Part shown: piece after piece, positions 1 through 10,621 of the stretch
Position numbering within the stretch: the first letter of the stretch is position 1
How the letters are laid out: each line of letters opens with the position of its first letter
Assembly: GCA_964578835.1 (NCBI GenBank)
Contig: CAZOEL010000018.1
Span: forward strand, 5,088-69,087
DNA length: 64,000 nucleotides
Direction of reading: 5' to 3'
Source of the DNA: an uncultured Syntrophobacteraceae bacterium
GTDB lineage: Bacteria; Desulfobacterota; Syntrophobacteria; Syntrophobacterales; Syntrophobacteraceae
Program-made: the position numbers and the translations under genes
The notes under the pieces: model-generated
Database searches by the model: none
Seen by the model: the letters and a program-made list of their open reading frames with translations, nothing else
Told to the model about the DNA's origin: nothing

Positions 1-75
1 AAGAAGCCCAAGAAGCAGAGCCTGTTGAGCCCCTGGTGGAAAATTCCAAAGATGCCGGACGATAGAAAAGAAGAA

Positions 76-849
76 ATGTCGGATGACAAGATGCCCTTTA
101 CGCAGCACCTGGAGGAGCTTCGCAAACGCCTCGTAATAAGCGCTGCTGCTATCGGAGTGGGCTTTCTCATTAGCTACGCCTTCAAGGAAAAGCTCTTTGA
201 GCTGCTCATGAGGCCCTGGCTTGCGGCGCTTCCCCAGGGGCATGAAGCGAAGCTCATCTATACCGCGCCGCACGAAGCCTTCTTTACCTATCTCAAGGTT
301 TCTTTTATCGCCGGCTTCGCCATCGCAATTCCTGTTATTTTTTACCAATTGTGGAAGTTCATCGCTCCAGGGCTCTATGAAAACGAGAAACGCTACATCA
401 TCCCCATCGTATTCTTCTCGAGCCTGTTCTTTCTGGGTGGCGCGTTGTTCGGCTATTTCCTGGTTTTTCCCATCGGATTTAGCTTTTTTACTTCTTTTGC
501 AACCGATTTTATCACTCCCATGGTGAGCACCAGAGAATTTCTCAAGTTCTCTACACGTTTGCTTTTGGGATTCGGACTGGTTTTCGAGCTGCCTATTTTT
601 GCTTTCTTTCTCGGCAGATTAGGCCTGATAAGCGCGGCATTCCTAAGACGCCAGCGCAGGGTGGCGATTGTCATCATCTTCATTATTGCGGCTGCTCTCA
701 CTCCGGGTCCTGACGTTTTTTCACAGTTGATGATGGCCGGACCGCTTCTTATACTGTACGAGCTCAGCGTCTGGATCGTGCACTTCTTCGGACGCAAGCC
801 CGTGACCGCTGAGTCAAGCGAAGAGGAACAGCCCCATTCAGTCTCATAG
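76..849 (+). CDS. tatC: Twin-arginine translocase subunit TatC
   Basis: ORF 25..849. It has a TatC-type N-terminus (MPFTQHLEELRKRL) and multiple hydrophobic segments. ATG 76 (alternative ATG 52) lies just after the stop (63..65) of an acidic-tailed frame that runs off the 5' edge, possibly a tatA/B 3' end. Confidence 0.9.
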   Translation: MSDDKMPFTQHLEELRKRLVISAAAIGVGFLISYAFKEKLFELLMRPWLAALPQGHEAKLIYTAPHEAFFTYLKVSFIAGFAIAIPVIFYQLWKFIAPGLYENEKRYIIPIVFFSSLFFLGGALFGYFLVFPIGFSFFTSFATDFITPMVSTREFLKFSTRLLLGFGLVFELPIFAFFLGRLGLISAAFLRRQRRVAIVIIFIIAAALTPGPDVFSQLMMAGPLLILYELSVWIVHFFGRKPVTAESSEEEQPHSVS

Positions 850-890
850 ACTCCTTAATATTGGCTTAAAGCTGAAAGGCGTATTGATCG

Positions 891-1556
891 ATGGATAGAA
901 TCACTATCGTTCTGGCGACTAGAAACAGCGGGAAATTAAGGGAAATTCGCAAATTTCTCGAGGGATTTCCCGTTGAGATCATGGACTTGAACAGTTTCGG
1001 CCCCATTCCGGAAGTGAAAGAAGACGGATCGACCTTTGAAGAAAACGCCTACAAGAAAGCGAGCTTTACGGCGAAGGTTCTAGGGTTTCCCGCTCTTGCC
1101 GACGATTCCGGGCTTGAAGTGGCTGCGCTTGACGGCGCCCCTGGCGTTCGGTCGGCTCGTTATGCAGGGCCGGATGCAAGCGATGCGCAGAACAACGAGA
1201 AGCTCTTGAAAGAGCTCTCAGCAGCGGCAAATCGAGAGGCGCGCTTCTGCTGCGTACTTTCTCTCGCCGTACCCAGCGGACCGGCGCTCACTTATGAGGC
1301 GACCTGCGAAGGCTTAATATTGGAGGCGCCAAAGGGCAAGAACGGCTTCGGTTACGATCCGCTTTTCTTCTATCCTCCGCTTGAAAAAACCTTCGGCGAG
1401 ATGACCATCGAAGAAAAAGCTCGGGTCAGCCATCGAGGCAAAGCGTTGGAGGAGCTCAAGAGCGAATTTGGCAAGATTTTGAAATGGCTTGACAAGAGGC
1501 TCGAGGAAGAAAAGCTCTTTCGCGGAAGGCATGAATGCGTCACAGCCGATAGATGA
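891..1556 (+). CDS. rdgB: Non-canonical purine NTP pyrophosphatase (RdgB/HAM1 family)
   Basis: 221-aa ORF with family-typical motifs: ATRNSGKLREI at the N-terminus, then DDSGLEV..LDGAPGV.SARYAG and GFGYDPLF. A C-terminal extension of about 25 aa is present. Confidence 0.9.
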   Translation: MDRITIVLATRNSGKLREIRKFLEGFPVEIMDLNSFGPIPEVKEDGSTFEENAYKKASFTAKVLGFPALADDSGLEVAALDGAPGVRSARYAGPDASDAQNNEKLLKELSAAANREARFCCVLSLAVPSGPALTYEATCEGLILEAPKGKNGFGYDPLFFYPPLEKTFGEMTIEEKARVSHRGKALEELKSEFGKILKWLDKRLEEEKLFRGRHECVTADR

Positions 1557-1603
1557 TCTGACTGGATGCGTTCCAAAGGGATTTATAGAGAGAATCTGTA
1601 CGG

Positions 1604-2149
1604 ATGGTGAATCGGGAAAGCACAAGCGACATAATAACCAGTCTGGGCGATGGAATAAGAGAGAAAGTCGAAGCTCTCGTAGAAAACTGGAGCAGAGAAG
1701 GACTTCCAAGCCGTTCAACGCTTGCGAGCATTCTTCAAGATCTCATCGACTGGAGAGAGACGACGGGGTCTCCGGGACTGTGGGGCTCCTCGCCTCTCAT
1801 GCTCACCGCAACGCTCGACGACGGCTGGGGCCACGGAATCCAGCTGATCGAGCTGTGTGGAAAAGCGGCAGGATTGCGCATTCATTCACTGGGACTGCTG
1901 CAGACCCCGGAAAGGATAGTCTCCGCATGCCATGGGCTTCTCCCTCGGGTGTTGGGGCTCACAATGCTGCAGTTTGATTCGGAAGAGGACTGCATTCATA
2001 TCCGTAAGAATTTGCCTTCCGAGACGCAAATGGTTATCGGAGGTCCGCTGTTCCGCATCGATCCCGATCTCGCCTCGCGCATAGGAGCTCACTTCACAGC
2101 GCGGAACGCAACGGACTTCATGTCTTTTCTGTTGAAGCTCGAAGTTTGA
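1604..2149 (+). CDS. Cobalamin(B12)-binding-domain-like protein
   Basis: 181-aa ORF whose C-terminal half resembles a Rossmann-like B12-binding module (MLTATLDDGWGHGIQLI...GLTMLQF...VIGGPLF). The canonical DxHxxG is not intact. Confidence 0.45.
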   Translation: MVNRESTSDIITSLGDGIREKVEALVENWSREGLPSRSTLASILQDLIDWRETTGSPGLWGSSPLMLTATLDDGWGHGIQLIELCGKAAGLRIHSLGLLQTPERIVSACHGLLPRVLGLTMLQFDSEEDCIHIRKNLPSETQMVIGGPLFRIDPDLASRIGAHFTARNATDFMSFLLKLEV

Positions 2150-2167
2150 AACCGACTTCCATCAACA

Positions 2168-2659
2168 TTACTTCATACCATAGAGCTTCTTCCAAGGATT
2201 TCGGCGGGTTTCATTGGCGCTGACGAGAGCCCGGCCCAACGCCTTTACCGCTAATTGGGCGCAGTGCCGTTCAGCTTCAGGCAGAGTCTCGAGGTAGTCG
2301 ACAATCGCCTGCTCCGTTATTTCCCACACGTCGCTAAGCGGCTTTCCTTCAGCCAGGTGGACAGCGGTATTGGCGCACGCCACCGAATACATGCATCCGT
2401 TTGTTTCAAACGCCGCGGAACGAACAACTCCGTCACGGATCAGCAGAAAAATTTCTATCGTGTCGCCACATTCACGGGTGCACTTCCCATAACCATCCGG
2501 TTGCTCCAGCATCTCTCGTTTTTCTGTCCGGAAGGCCATGGTAAGAAATCGCCGCGAATGGTGCTGCAAAAAGTCCTTGTTTATCTGGTTCATTTTGATC
2601 CTTTTGTTTGAAGAGTCGGTAGACGGAGCTAAGTATAACGCATCCATTCTCTCGCTCAA
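2168..2659 (-). CDS. IscU/NifU-N-terminal-like Fe-S cluster scaffold protein
   Basis: Carries the three-cysteine pattern CGDTIEIFL ... NGCMYSVACAN ... ERHCAQLAV, typical of IscU/NifU-N. Its ATG overlaps the upstream gene's stop by 4 nt (ATGA). Confidence 0.75.
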   Translation of the reverse strand: MSERMDALYLAPSTDSSNKRIKMNQINKDFLQHHSRRFLTMAFRTEKREMLEQPDGYGKCTRECGDTIEIFLLIRDGVVRSAAFETNGCMYSVACANTAVHLAEGKPLSDVWEITEQAIVDYLETLPEAERHCAQLAVKALGRALVSANETRRNPWKKLYGMK

Positions 2660-2964
2660 ACATCAAGATCAAGGATTTCCTCAAGCATTTCATCAGATGC
2701 GACAACAGCCTTGGCATTCGCTTCGTAAGCTCTCTTGGCAACGTTCATATTTACCATTTCCCTGCCAATGTCCACGTCGAGCAAAAAAGTCCCAGCGGCG
2801 GGTCCATCAGTCACGGCAGAAGAGGCGCCCACTTGTGAGGAATTCCCTTCCGATGGAGAATCATTGCTTTTTGGAGCTCCTCCAGCAATCTTTCTCGCCG
2901 ACTCCTCGAACAACGACTCCTGTCTGACCATACCGCCATACGCATGCTTAATGCTCTCTATCAC
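2656..2964 (-). CDS. Small protein with flagellar basal-body-rod-like termini
   Basis: 102-aa ORF. The C-terminus (DIGREMVNMNVAKRAYEANAKAVVASDEMLEEILDL) resembles the conserved FlgB/FlgC/FlgG rod C-terminal motif. The middle is low-complexity Ser/Gly/Ala. Confidence 0.5.
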   Translation of the reverse strand: MIESIKHAYGGMVRQESLFEESARKIAGGAPKSNDSPSEGNSSQVGASSAVTDGPAAGTFLLDVDIGREMVNMNVAKRAYEANAKAVVASDEMLEEILDLDV

Positions 2965-3406
2965 AATCAGATTTCCTCTTCAAACAACGTCATCTTTCTG
3001 TTTACACTCACCCATATTCTGGAATAACATCGGTTCATCCCCCTCACTACTTTAGCCCCTCCCATTCGTAAAGAGAAAACAGCCGCTAAAAAGAGCATGG
3101 GGAAAGGAAACGTCTTGACTGTTACGACTCGGTTAGATTACTACTCAGTTGGCCTCGACAGCAGCTTTGGGGAGAACCTGCAATAGAAAAGATGCGCGCT
3201 TTCTCAATAATTTACAGGTCTTTCGGGGGCAAAAGGGTTGAATGCGGCTTGGTGCGCGTATTGAAGTAGACGAAGGCCCCGACAGAGGCGACAATGAAGT
3301 TCAACAGCTTAAGGCGGCAAGCGGAATAGGCTCATCTATTCTAATCGCCCAGACCCTAAGTTCAGCTTCTTCCATATGGGGCGTCACACGCCTTCAAGGA
3401 GGTTAT

Positions 3407-3847
3407 ATGCTCTTAGCGCAAGGATGCAGATCGATCATTAGAGCTCTGGCCGTTTGCCTTATCATGACATTTGTTCTTTCCTGCTCCAGTCTGCGAGGCG
3501 GCAGTAAGAACAGTGAAGGCCTTCTCGCCGCTGCGCAGGATTTGAATAACGCCATCCGCTGGCAAGATTACAAGACGGCTTCTGTCATAGTCGCCCCTAC
3601 CCTTCAAGATGATTTCTGGGATCTGGCCGATGAGCTCCACAAGAGTGTTCGCATAATGGATTTTGAGACAAGAAATTCATCGGTAGACGAATCAGGTCAG
3701 TCAGGCGTAGTCGTTTTGCACTATCGTTTGTATTATACCAATTCTCCGCAAGTCTATACAAAAACGATCCACCAGCGCTACTGCTATTCGTCAAAAGATC
3801 AAGGCTGGCAGCTCGTGGAGCACGACCTACAGGGTCTTTTGCCTTGA
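3407..3847 (+). CDS. Putative lipoprotein, unknown function
   Basis: ATG 3407 is preceded by AAGGAGG. The N-terminus MLLAQGCRSIIRALAVCLIMTFVLSCSS looks like a signal peptide with a lipobox-like VLSC. The longer ORF from 3242 has no signal or RBS support. Confidence 0.6.
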   Translation: MLLAQGCRSIIRALAVCLIMTFVLSCSSLRGGSKNSEGLLAAAQDLNNAIRWQDYKTASVIVAPTLQDDFWDLADELHKSVRIMDFETRNSSVDESGQSGVVVLHYRLYYTNSPQVYTKTIHQRYCYSSKDQGWQLVEHDLQGLLP

Positions 3848-4254
3848 AACCCCCTCATCCAGGGAGCATTTTTTTCGATCGTTTTGGAAACTGCATTTTG
3901 TCGAACCCGTCCGCCGACTTTCCGAACAATTGCTCATCTTCTTTTTCTTGCTCATCCTTTGGGCACTGGAAATCGAGCCGCATTATAGTTAGAATTATCT
4001 TTCAAAGTATTTAATGCCCTCTCCAAGGCTTTTTGGTTTATCTGCTGGCTGCGGGTGCTTATCTTCACCATGATCAATGTTTTGGAGCGGTTTTATGCGG
4101 CGCTCAGCCCTCTTTTGGGATGCGGAAAAGGCCAGACTGGGGACAAAGCTGATAATGGTGCGTAAGTTGGTGTTGGCGAATTGATTTTTTGCGAGCAAAT
4201 AGTAATTTGGTATGGAATGTATCAAGGAATAAAAATATATTGCTCTTGAATGTT

Positions 4255-4283
4255 TTGACGACGACTCTAATGAGAACTCAAAT
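4255..4283 (+). promoter_or_regulatory. Possible sigma70-type promoter upstream of ftsH
   Basis: TTGACG, a 17-nt spacer, then TCAAAT, about 70 nt upstream of the ftsH start. Pattern match only. Confidence 0.25.
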
Positions 4284-4351
4284 CGGAACAGGAGCCGCCC
4301 GGGCATTCCCTGCTATTCCACGAAAACTATAAGTGTAAGGAGGCTTTTCTC

Positions 4352-6307
4352 TTGAGTCCGTTTTACAAAAATCTTGCCCTCTGGTTGGTCATCAGCCTAA
4401 TGGTGATTCTACTCTTCAACATGTTTCATCAACCGCAGCAGACAAACAACGAAGCCACCTACAGTCAGTTTCTTACATCTGTGCAGAAGGGCGAAGTATC
4501 TCAGGTAACGATTCAGGGAGATCGAGTCATCGGCGCTTATTCGAACGGCAAGCTGTTTCGGACGTTTGTGCCGAGGGATTCCGATCTCATAAGGATACTG
4601 CGCGAGAACGGAGTCGATATTCAGGCAAAGCCGGAAGAGGAATCCCCGTGGTACATGACGATATTGATCAGTTGGTTCCCCATGCTGCTCTTGATCGGCG
4701 TCTGGATCTTCTTCATGCGCCAGATGCAGATGGGAGGCGGGAAAGCTATGAGCTTCGGCAAAAGCCGCGCTCGTCTACTCAATGAGAGCTCCAAGAAGAT
4801 TCTCTTTGAAGACGTAGCAGGTGTTGACGAAGCCAAGGAGGAGCTTCAGGAAATTGTCGAATTCCTGAAGGATCCCAGAAAGTTCACCCGCCTCGGCGGG
4901 CGGATTCCCAAGGGAGTCCTTTTAGTGGGGGCTCCAGGAACGGGAAAAACGCTTCTTGCGCGCGCAATTGCCGGGGAAGCCGGAGTTCCTTTCTTTACCA
5001 TCAGCGGTTCCGATTTTGTTGAAATGTTTGTTGGAGTCGGAGCTTCACGCGTCCGGGATCTTTTCATGCAGGGCAAAAAGAACGCGCCGTGCATCATATT
5101 TATCGATGAAATCGACGCGGTTGGACGTCACCGCGGCGCAGGGCTCGGCGGTGGTCATGACGAGCGAGAACAAACGCTCAATCAGCTGCTTGTTGAAATG
5201 GATGGATTCGAGTCGAACGAAGGCGTGATTCTGATTGCCGCCACAAACCGACCGGACGTGCTCGATCCGGCTCTTTTGCGCCCAGGGCGTTTCGATCGCC
5301 AGGTGGTCGTGCCGGTCCCGGACATTCGCGGACGAGAAGGAATACTGAAGGTTCATCTACGCAAGAAGCCGCTCTCTCCCGATGTGGACGTCAAAACGCT
5401 CGCGAAGGGCACACCCGGTTTTTCGGGAGCCGATCTCGAAAACCTGGTCAACGAGGCTGCGTTGCTTGCCGCCCGTAAGAACAAAGACCTGATCGGCATG
5501 GCGGATTTCGAATCCGCGAAAGATAAGGTCATGATGGGGCTCGAGCGCAAGAGCATGATTCTGAGCGAGGAGGAGAAGCGGACCACGGCTTTTCACGAGG
5601 CCGGCCACGCGCTGGTGGCGAGAATTCTCCCTGGAGCCGATCCGCTCCACAAAGTGACGATAATTCCTCGAGGAAGAGCCCTCGGGCTTACCCAGCAGCT
5701 TCCCCAGGACGATCGGCACACTTACTCGCGCGACTATCTGCAGTGCAGTATTTCAATCCTGATGGGAGGCCGCGTCGCGGAAGAGATTATTCTGAAGCAG
5801 CAAACCACGGGCGCCTCCAACGACATCGAGCGAGCCTCGCATATCGCCCGTCGCATGGTATGCGAATGGGGGATGAGCGAAGAATTGGGTCCTCTCGCAT
5901 TCGGCAAGAGAGAGGAACAGGTGTTCCTCGGGCGCGACATCGCTCAGCACCGCGATTACAGCGAGCAGACGGCCATCAACATAGATAAGGAAGTTCGCCG
6001 GATAATCGAAGAAAACTACCGTCGCGCCAAAGATATACTCACCGAGCAGCAGGAACTGCTCTTCAAAGTCGCCAGCGCTCTTCTTGAAAGGGAGACTTTG
6101 GAGCTTAAAGACGTGGATAAAATTATCTCCGAAGTCAATCCCGAGCTCATGTCGAAGCTCCTCAACGAGGACAAGGCCAAATCCGAGACCGCAGCGGCGA
6201 GGCCGCCTATCGACATCCACAATGAAAATCCCATGCCTGAAGCAACGACGGCAAATCCTGAAGCCAAGCTGCCCTCCGGTGACGAGAGCGGCGGTTCTCA
6301 GGAATAA
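4352..6307 (+). CDS. ftsH: ATP-dependent zinc metalloprotease FtsH
   Basis: 651 aa with a TTG start after AAGGAGG. Motifs present: Walker A GPPGTGKT-type (GAPGTGKT), Walker B IIFIDEID, the SRH region, and zinc motif HEAGHA. Confidence 0.97.
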   Translation: MSPFYKNLALWLVISLMVILLFNMFHQPQQTNNEATYSQFLTSVQKGEVSQVTIQGDRVIGAYSNGKLFRTFVPRDSDLIRILRENGVDIQAKPEEESPWYMTILISWFPMLLLIGVWIFFMRQMQMGGGKAMSFGKSRARLLNESSKKILFEDVAGVDEAKEELQEIVEFLKDPRKFTRLGGRIPKGVLLVGAPGTGKTLLARAIAGEAGVPFFTISGSDFVEMFVGVGASRVRDLFMQGKKNAPCIIFIDEIDAVGRHRGAGLGGGHDEREQTLNQLLVEMDGFESNEGVILIAATNRPDVLDPALLRPGRFDRQVVVPVPDIRGREGILKVHLRKKPLSPDVDVKTLAKGTPGFSGADLENLVNEAALLAARKNKDLIGMADFESAKDKVMMGLERKSMILSEEEKRTTAFHEAGHALVARILPGADPLHKVTIIPRGRALGLTQQLPQDDRHTYSRDYLQCSISILMGGRVAEEIILKQQTTGASNDIERASHIARRMVCEWGMSEELGPLAFGKREEQVFLGRDIAQHRDYSEQTAINIDKEVRRIIEENYRRAKDILTEQQELLFKVASALLERETLELKDVDKIISEVNPELMSKLLNEDKAKSETAAARPPIDIHNENPMPEATTANPEAKLPSGDESGGSQE

Positions 6308-6568
6308 CACGACTCCTTACCAGGCGCCGCAATCACAGCTCTTGGCCGGGGAAAAGTCCTCGCCGAGAGCTGTTTTGTTTTCACTCTTTCCAGTTTCACA
6401 AGCATCATCCGTTCTCTCCCCATCCAGATCCCATGAAAATGCATCTTTGTTCGAAATACACGCAAGCTTTGTGTCTTTAGAGCCTTTATGATAATAATCG
6501 TTGCGCCTGTCGACAGAATGGTGAGCGCAAAAGGAAAAACACTGTATTCCGAGGGGGGTTGCAAAAAG

Positions 6569-7450
6569 ATGAGCGTCGTCACTCGCAAAAGTTACAAACT
6601 GCGCCTGAAATCGAGAACATTGGAGCTTGGACTCAAGACTTTGGTAATGGGTATTGTGAACGTGACCCCCGACTCCTTTTCCGACGGGGGCAAGCATTTT
6701 GAATTCGATCGAGCTATCGAGCAAGCCCGGCGCATGGTCGATGAAGGGGTGGATATCCTCGACATTGGAGGAGAGTCCACCCGGCCCGACTCCGAGCCGG
6801 TCCCTCTCGATGTGGAGCTGAAAAGAGTAATTCCGTTGATTGAAGCCATTCGGAGCTTCACGGATACACCCATTTCGATCGATACGACAAAAGCCGAAGT
6901 GGCGCAACAAGCGCTGGATCTCGGAGCGGATATCATTAATGACGTGAGCTCCCTGCGATTCGATTCTCACATGGCCGATGTAGCATCCTCTTCCGGAGCC
7001 CCGCTTATTCTCATGCATATGCAGGGAATCCCGAAAACCATGCAGCAGGACCCGCACTATGCTTCTCTGTTTTCCGAAATGATCTCATTTCTCGAGGAGC
7101 GCATCCAGTATGCTGTTGCTCATGGGGTCGACCGCAACCAGATTATCGTCGATCCCGGCATTGGCTTTGGCAAGACTGTAACCCATAACTCGCTCATCAT
7201 CCGCAACCTCGAAATGTTCCAAGCTCTGGACAGGCCGCTGCTTTTGGCTGCGTCGAGGAAGAGATTCATCGGAGCGATTCTGGATCGCCCGGTAGAAGAG
7301 AGGGAAATTGGAACCGCGGTCGTGAACAGCTTTGGCATTGCCGCGGGCGCGCACATCATACGCGTCCACGATGTCGGCTTTCACCGGCAGGCAGCACTTA
7401 TGGCCGACGCCTTGCGCAATTCCGGTCTCAATAATGATTCTCCTATTTGA
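6569..7450 (+). CDS. folP: Dihydropteroate synthase
   Basis: Pterin-binding domain motifs are present: MGIVNVTPDSFSDGG, DIGGESTRP and INDVS. The start is set at ATG 6569 (MSVVTRK...) rather than the ORF-track 6488. The ftsH-folP-glmM order is conserved in many bacteria. Confidence 0.9.
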   Translation: MSVVTRKSYKLRLKSRTLELGLKTLVMGIVNVTPDSFSDGGKHFEFDRAIEQARRMVDEGVDILDIGGESTRPDSEPVPLDVELKRVIPLIEAIRSFTDTPISIDTTKAEVAQQALDLGADIINDVSSLRFDSHMADVASSSGAPLILMHMQGIPKTMQQDPHYASLFSEMISFLEERIQYAVAHGVDRNQIIVDPGIGFGKTVTHNSLIIRNLEMFQALDRPLLLAASRKRFIGAILDRPVEEREIGTAVVNSFGIAAGAHIIRVHDVGFHRQAALMADALRNSGLNNDSPI

Positions 7451-7561
7451 TATTGACAACCATATCCATTCGTGTGATGAAGTGTCATTCTTTCGATCAG
7501 GCTCCCGTGATGTTCGATGAGGGCCTGTTGATTCACTTTTTCTTTTTTTAGGAGCGCGCAG

Positions 7562-8914
7562 ATGGAGAAACTGTTCGGGACTGACGGGATTCGCGGCCTC
7601 GCCAATGTATCCCCCATGACGACAGACATTGCAATGAAGGTCGGCTGCAGCACGGCCCATATTTTCAAGAGCAGCCACAGACGCCCCAAGATCATCATCG
7701 GCAAAGACACCCGGTTGTCCGGATACATGATCGAATACGCCATCACTTCCGGCATATGCTCGATGGGAGTAGACGCTCTTCTGGTAGGCCCCATGCCCAC
7801 GCCCGGAATTGCTTTCCTTACATGCAGCATGCGCGCCGACGCCGGCATAGTCATCTCGGCATCGCACAATCCTCACGAATACAACGGCATAAAGATCTTT
7901 GCCTCCGATGGATACAAGCTGCCCGATGAGATGGAAAGATTCATGGAGCAGCTCATCCTGAGCGGAGAAATAGAGAATCTGCCGCGTCCAGAGCCGAACG
8001 AAATCGGCCGCGCCCGTCGAATCGATGACGCGGAAGGCCGTTATATCGTTTACCTGAAGAATACCTTTCCCCGCTCTTTGACGCTCGAAGGAATCAAAAT
8101 CGTCATCGACTGCGCCCACGGCGCCGCATACAAGGTGGCGCCTCTGGTCTTCGAAGAGCTTGGCGCCGACGTGATCGTTACGGGCGACAGGCCTTCGGGA
8201 AAAAACATCAATAAGGACTGCGGCGCTCTCCACCCCGAGCATATGGCTGCGCTCGTGCGCGAGAACGGCGCCGACGTGGGCTTCGCGCTGGACGGAGACG
8301 CAGACAGGGTCATTTTTGCGGATGAAAAAGGGCAAGTTCTAGACGGAGATCAATTGATGGCGCTTTGCGCTACCCATTATATGAAGAATGGATCTCTCAA
8401 AGAAAACACGGTCGTGGCTACAATCATGAGCAACCTCGGCCTTGAGGTCGCCCTCAAAAGACAGGGCGTCTCCCTTTTGAGGACTCCCGTCGGAGACCGC
8501 TACGTAGTGGAAAGAATGCGTGAAGGGAGCTACAACTTGGGTGGAGAACAATCCGGCCACCTGGTATTTCTTGATTACAGCACCACTGGAGACGGGACTC
8601 TCTCAGCCCTCCAGGTTTTGGCGGTCATGTTGCGAGAAGGAAAGCCTCTCTCGGAATTGAAGAGCATCATGGATCGCTATCCGCAGAAGTTGGTGAATGT
8701 TCCGGTCTGCCGGCCCAGGCGCCTGGATGATATTCCAGAACTGGTGAAGCTCAGGGAAGACATTGAGAAGAGGCTCGGAGATGAAGGCCGTCTGGTAATA
8801 AGGCCCTCCGGCACGGAGCCGGTCATCCGAGTCATGGTGGAAGGCGCCGATCAGAAGACCATCGATGAGACTGCCCAGGAAATGGCGCATAGCATAAAAG
8901 CGCACATGGCGTGA
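7562..8914 (+). CDS. glmM: Phosphoglucosamine mutase
   Basis: 450 aa. It begins [12 protein letters not shown], has the active-site SASHNP, the metal loop DGDADR and GEQSGH. Confidence 0.96.
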   Translation: MEKLFGTDGIRGLANVSPMTTDIAMKVGCSTAHIFKSSHRRPKIIIGKDTRLSGYMIEYAITSGICSMGVDALLVGPMPTPGIAFLTCSMRADAGIVISASHNPHEYNGIKIFASDGYKLPDEMERFMEQLILSGEIENLPRPEPNEIGRARRIDDAEGRYIVYLKNTFPRSLTLEGIKIVIDCAHGAAYKVAPLVFEELGADVIVTGDRPSGKNINKDCGALHPEHMAALVRENGADVGFALDGDADRVIFADEKGQVLDGDQLMALCATHYMKNGSLKENTVVATIMSNLGLEVALKRQGVSLLRTPVGDRYVVERMREGSYNLGGEQSGHLVFLDYSTTGDGTLSALQVLAVMLREGKPLSELKSIMDRYPQKLVNVPVCRPRRLDDIPELVKLREDIEKRLGDEGRLVIRPSGTEPVIRVMVEGADQKTIDETAQEMAHSIKAHMA

Positions 8915-8954
8915 GACGAGCGGAAGCTTCTGAAGGCAAAAGTAAGGAAAAAAC

Positions 8955-9731
8955 ATGCTCTTAGCTATGGATATCGGCAACACGAATACGGTGCTGGGCC
9001 TCTTCAGGGAAGACCAGCTTCTTTATGACTGGCGCATCAGGACAGAGGTAAACACCACGGTAGACGAGTATGGGATATTGCTTCGCAGTCTTTTTGCCGC
9101 AAGCGGGATTTCTCCAGAAGACGTCCAAGATGTGATCATCTCCTGCGTTGTGCCGCCGGTTCTCAATGCCGTTGAAAGGTTCTGCACGAAGTATTTTAAA
9201 GTTGCTCCCCTGATAGTCGGCCCGGGCATCAAGACAGGCATGCCAATTTTCTACGACAACCCGAAAGAGGTCGGCGCGGACCGAATCGTGAACGCGGTTG
9301 CAGCCTACGAGGCTTTCAGGACCGCAATCATCGTTGTGGATTTCGGCACGGCGACCACTTTCGATTACATCTCCGAGCGCGGGGAATACATGGGAGGAGT
9401 GATAAGCCCGGGCATCATGATTTCTTGTGAAGCTCTCTTCCAAAAAGCCTCCAAGCTGCCGAGAGTGGAAATCTTTGCAAAGCCCCTCTCCATTTTAGCC
9501 AAAAATACGATAGCCTCCATGAACGCCGGCATCGTATATGGCTTTGCGGGATCGGTAGAGGGCATCATCACGCGGATGAAGCGCGAAGTGAATATGGATC
9601 TCAAAGTTGTGGCCACGGGAGGGCTTGCGCCCCTAATCGCCAGTGAATGCTCGGTAATCGATGAGGTGGACGACTTTCTCACGCTCAAAGGACTGCGCAT
9701 CATATTTGAACGCAATCGAAAGCCGCTGTGA
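8955..9731 (+). CDS. coaX: Type III pantothenate kinase
   Basis: 258 aa with MLLAMDIGNTNTVLG, GADR and DFGTATTFD motifs characteristic of CoaX. Confidence 0.92.
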   Translation: MLLAMDIGNTNTVLGLFREDQLLYDWRIRTEVNTTVDEYGILLRSLFAASGISPEDVQDVIISCVVPPVLNAVERFCTKYFKVAPLIVGPGIKTGMPIFYDNPKEVGADRIVNAVAAYEAFRTAIIVVDFGTATTFDYISERGEYMGGVISPGIMISCEALFQKASKLPRVEIFAKPLSILAKNTIASMNAGIVYGFAGSVEGIITRMKREVNMDLKVVATGGLAPLIASECSVIDEVDDFLTLKGLRIIFERNRKPL

Positions 9732-10621
9732 TGCTGAAGCCTTTGAGCTCCGGAGACACAATCGCTCTGGTCGCTCCGTCAAGCCCTTTTGAGGAAGAAA
9801 AATTCGAGAAGGCGCGCGCTTCGATCGAAGCGTGCGGTTACAAGCTTTCCGCAGGCGCTCATGTTTTCAACCGCAAGAACTATCTTGCCGGAACCGAAGC
9901 AGAACGCGCTGCCGACCTCATCGAAGCGATTTGCAGCCCTGACATATCCGCCATCATGTGCGTCAGAGGCGGATACGGCAGTGGAAGACTGCTTCCATGG
10001 CTTCCTTTCTCGAAGCTCGAGAGCAAGGCAAAGATTCTTTTAGGCTTCAGCGACATAACGTTTCTTCATCTTGCCTTTGCAAGCCGCATGGAATGGGTCA
10101 CCTTCCATGGTCCGAATTTCCTGGACCTTGGCGAGGACTCCAAACGTTGTGAAAGGGTCTTGAAAGCGCTGGAAGACGAAGCCTCTTTTTCCTGGGCGAT
10201 CCAGGATAATGATATTTGGCGAGAAGGCTCCGTGAGAGGTCGAATTATCGGAGGCAACCTGACCTGTCTCACCCATCTTATAGGCTCGCCTTATTTTCCG
10301 GACCTTCGCGGAGCCTTGCTTTTGATCGAAGACTGCAACGAAGCGCCTTACCGCCTCGACCGCATGTTCACTCATCTCAAGCTCGCAGGAATCCTGGATC
10401 AAATCGGCGGAATGATCCTTGGAAGATTTAAGGATTGCGGCGAAGACGCGATCCTTCGGGATATGGTTATGGATTTGTTGAGCTCTTACAGATTTCCCAT
10501 CGTCGCCGGTCTTCCTTTTGGCCACATACCTGAAAATGAAACGGTTCCTTTCGGGATACCCTTCGAACTGAATACATATGACTGCCGGTTACGAGCTCTC
10601 AAGAGCCCTTTTCGTCGATAA
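9728..10621 (+). CDS. ldcA: LD-carboxypeptidase (peptidase S66, muramoyltetrapeptide carboxypeptidase-like)
   Basis: 297 aa. Has the GFSDITFLH nucleophile motif, an IGGNL segment and a C-terminal GH. Its start overlaps the coaX stop by 4 nt. Confidence 0.8.
   Translation: MMLKPLSSGDTIALVAPSSPFEEEKFEKARASIEACGYKLSAGAHVFNRKNYLAGTEAERAADLIEAICSPDISAIMCVRGGYGSGRLLPWLPFSKLESKAKILLGFSDITFLHLAFASRMEWVTFHGPNFLDLGEDSKRCERVLKALEDEASFSWAIQDNDIWREGSVRGRIIGGNLTCLTHLIGSPYFPDLRGALLLIEDCNEAPYRLDRMFTHLKLAGILDQIGGMILGRFKDCGEDAILRDMVMDLLSSYRFPIVAGLPFGHIPENETVPFGIPFELNTYDCRLRALKSPFRR

Noticed and set aside
3-65. Open frame running off the 5' edge (…EAQEAEPVEPLVENSKDAGR-stop). It may be the acidic C-terminal tail of TatB or TatA.
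   Set aside because: Only 21 codons are visible. The call rests solely on its position before tatC, so it is not listed as a feature.
3995-4306. 103-aa minus-strand ORF in the 500-bp spacer upstream of ftsH.
   Set aside because: It has no RBS and an odd composition, and it overlaps the probable ftsH promoter region. It is not supportable as a gene.
6317-7057. 246-aa minus-strand ORF. Its C-terminal end (…CISNKDAFSWDLDGERTDDACETGKSENKTALGEDFSPAKSCDCGAW) falls in the ftsH-folP spacer and looks like a small Cys-motif protein.
   Set aside because: Most of it is antisense to folP. Hand translation of the spacer part found no ATG, GTG or TTG start and no RBS upstream of the Cys-containing segment.
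7085-8335. 416-aa ORF on the minus strand.
   Set aside because: It is entirely antisense to glmM and folP, which have unambiguous family motifs. Its Arg/Ala/Gly-rich composition is typical of a shadow frame in GC-rich coding DNA.
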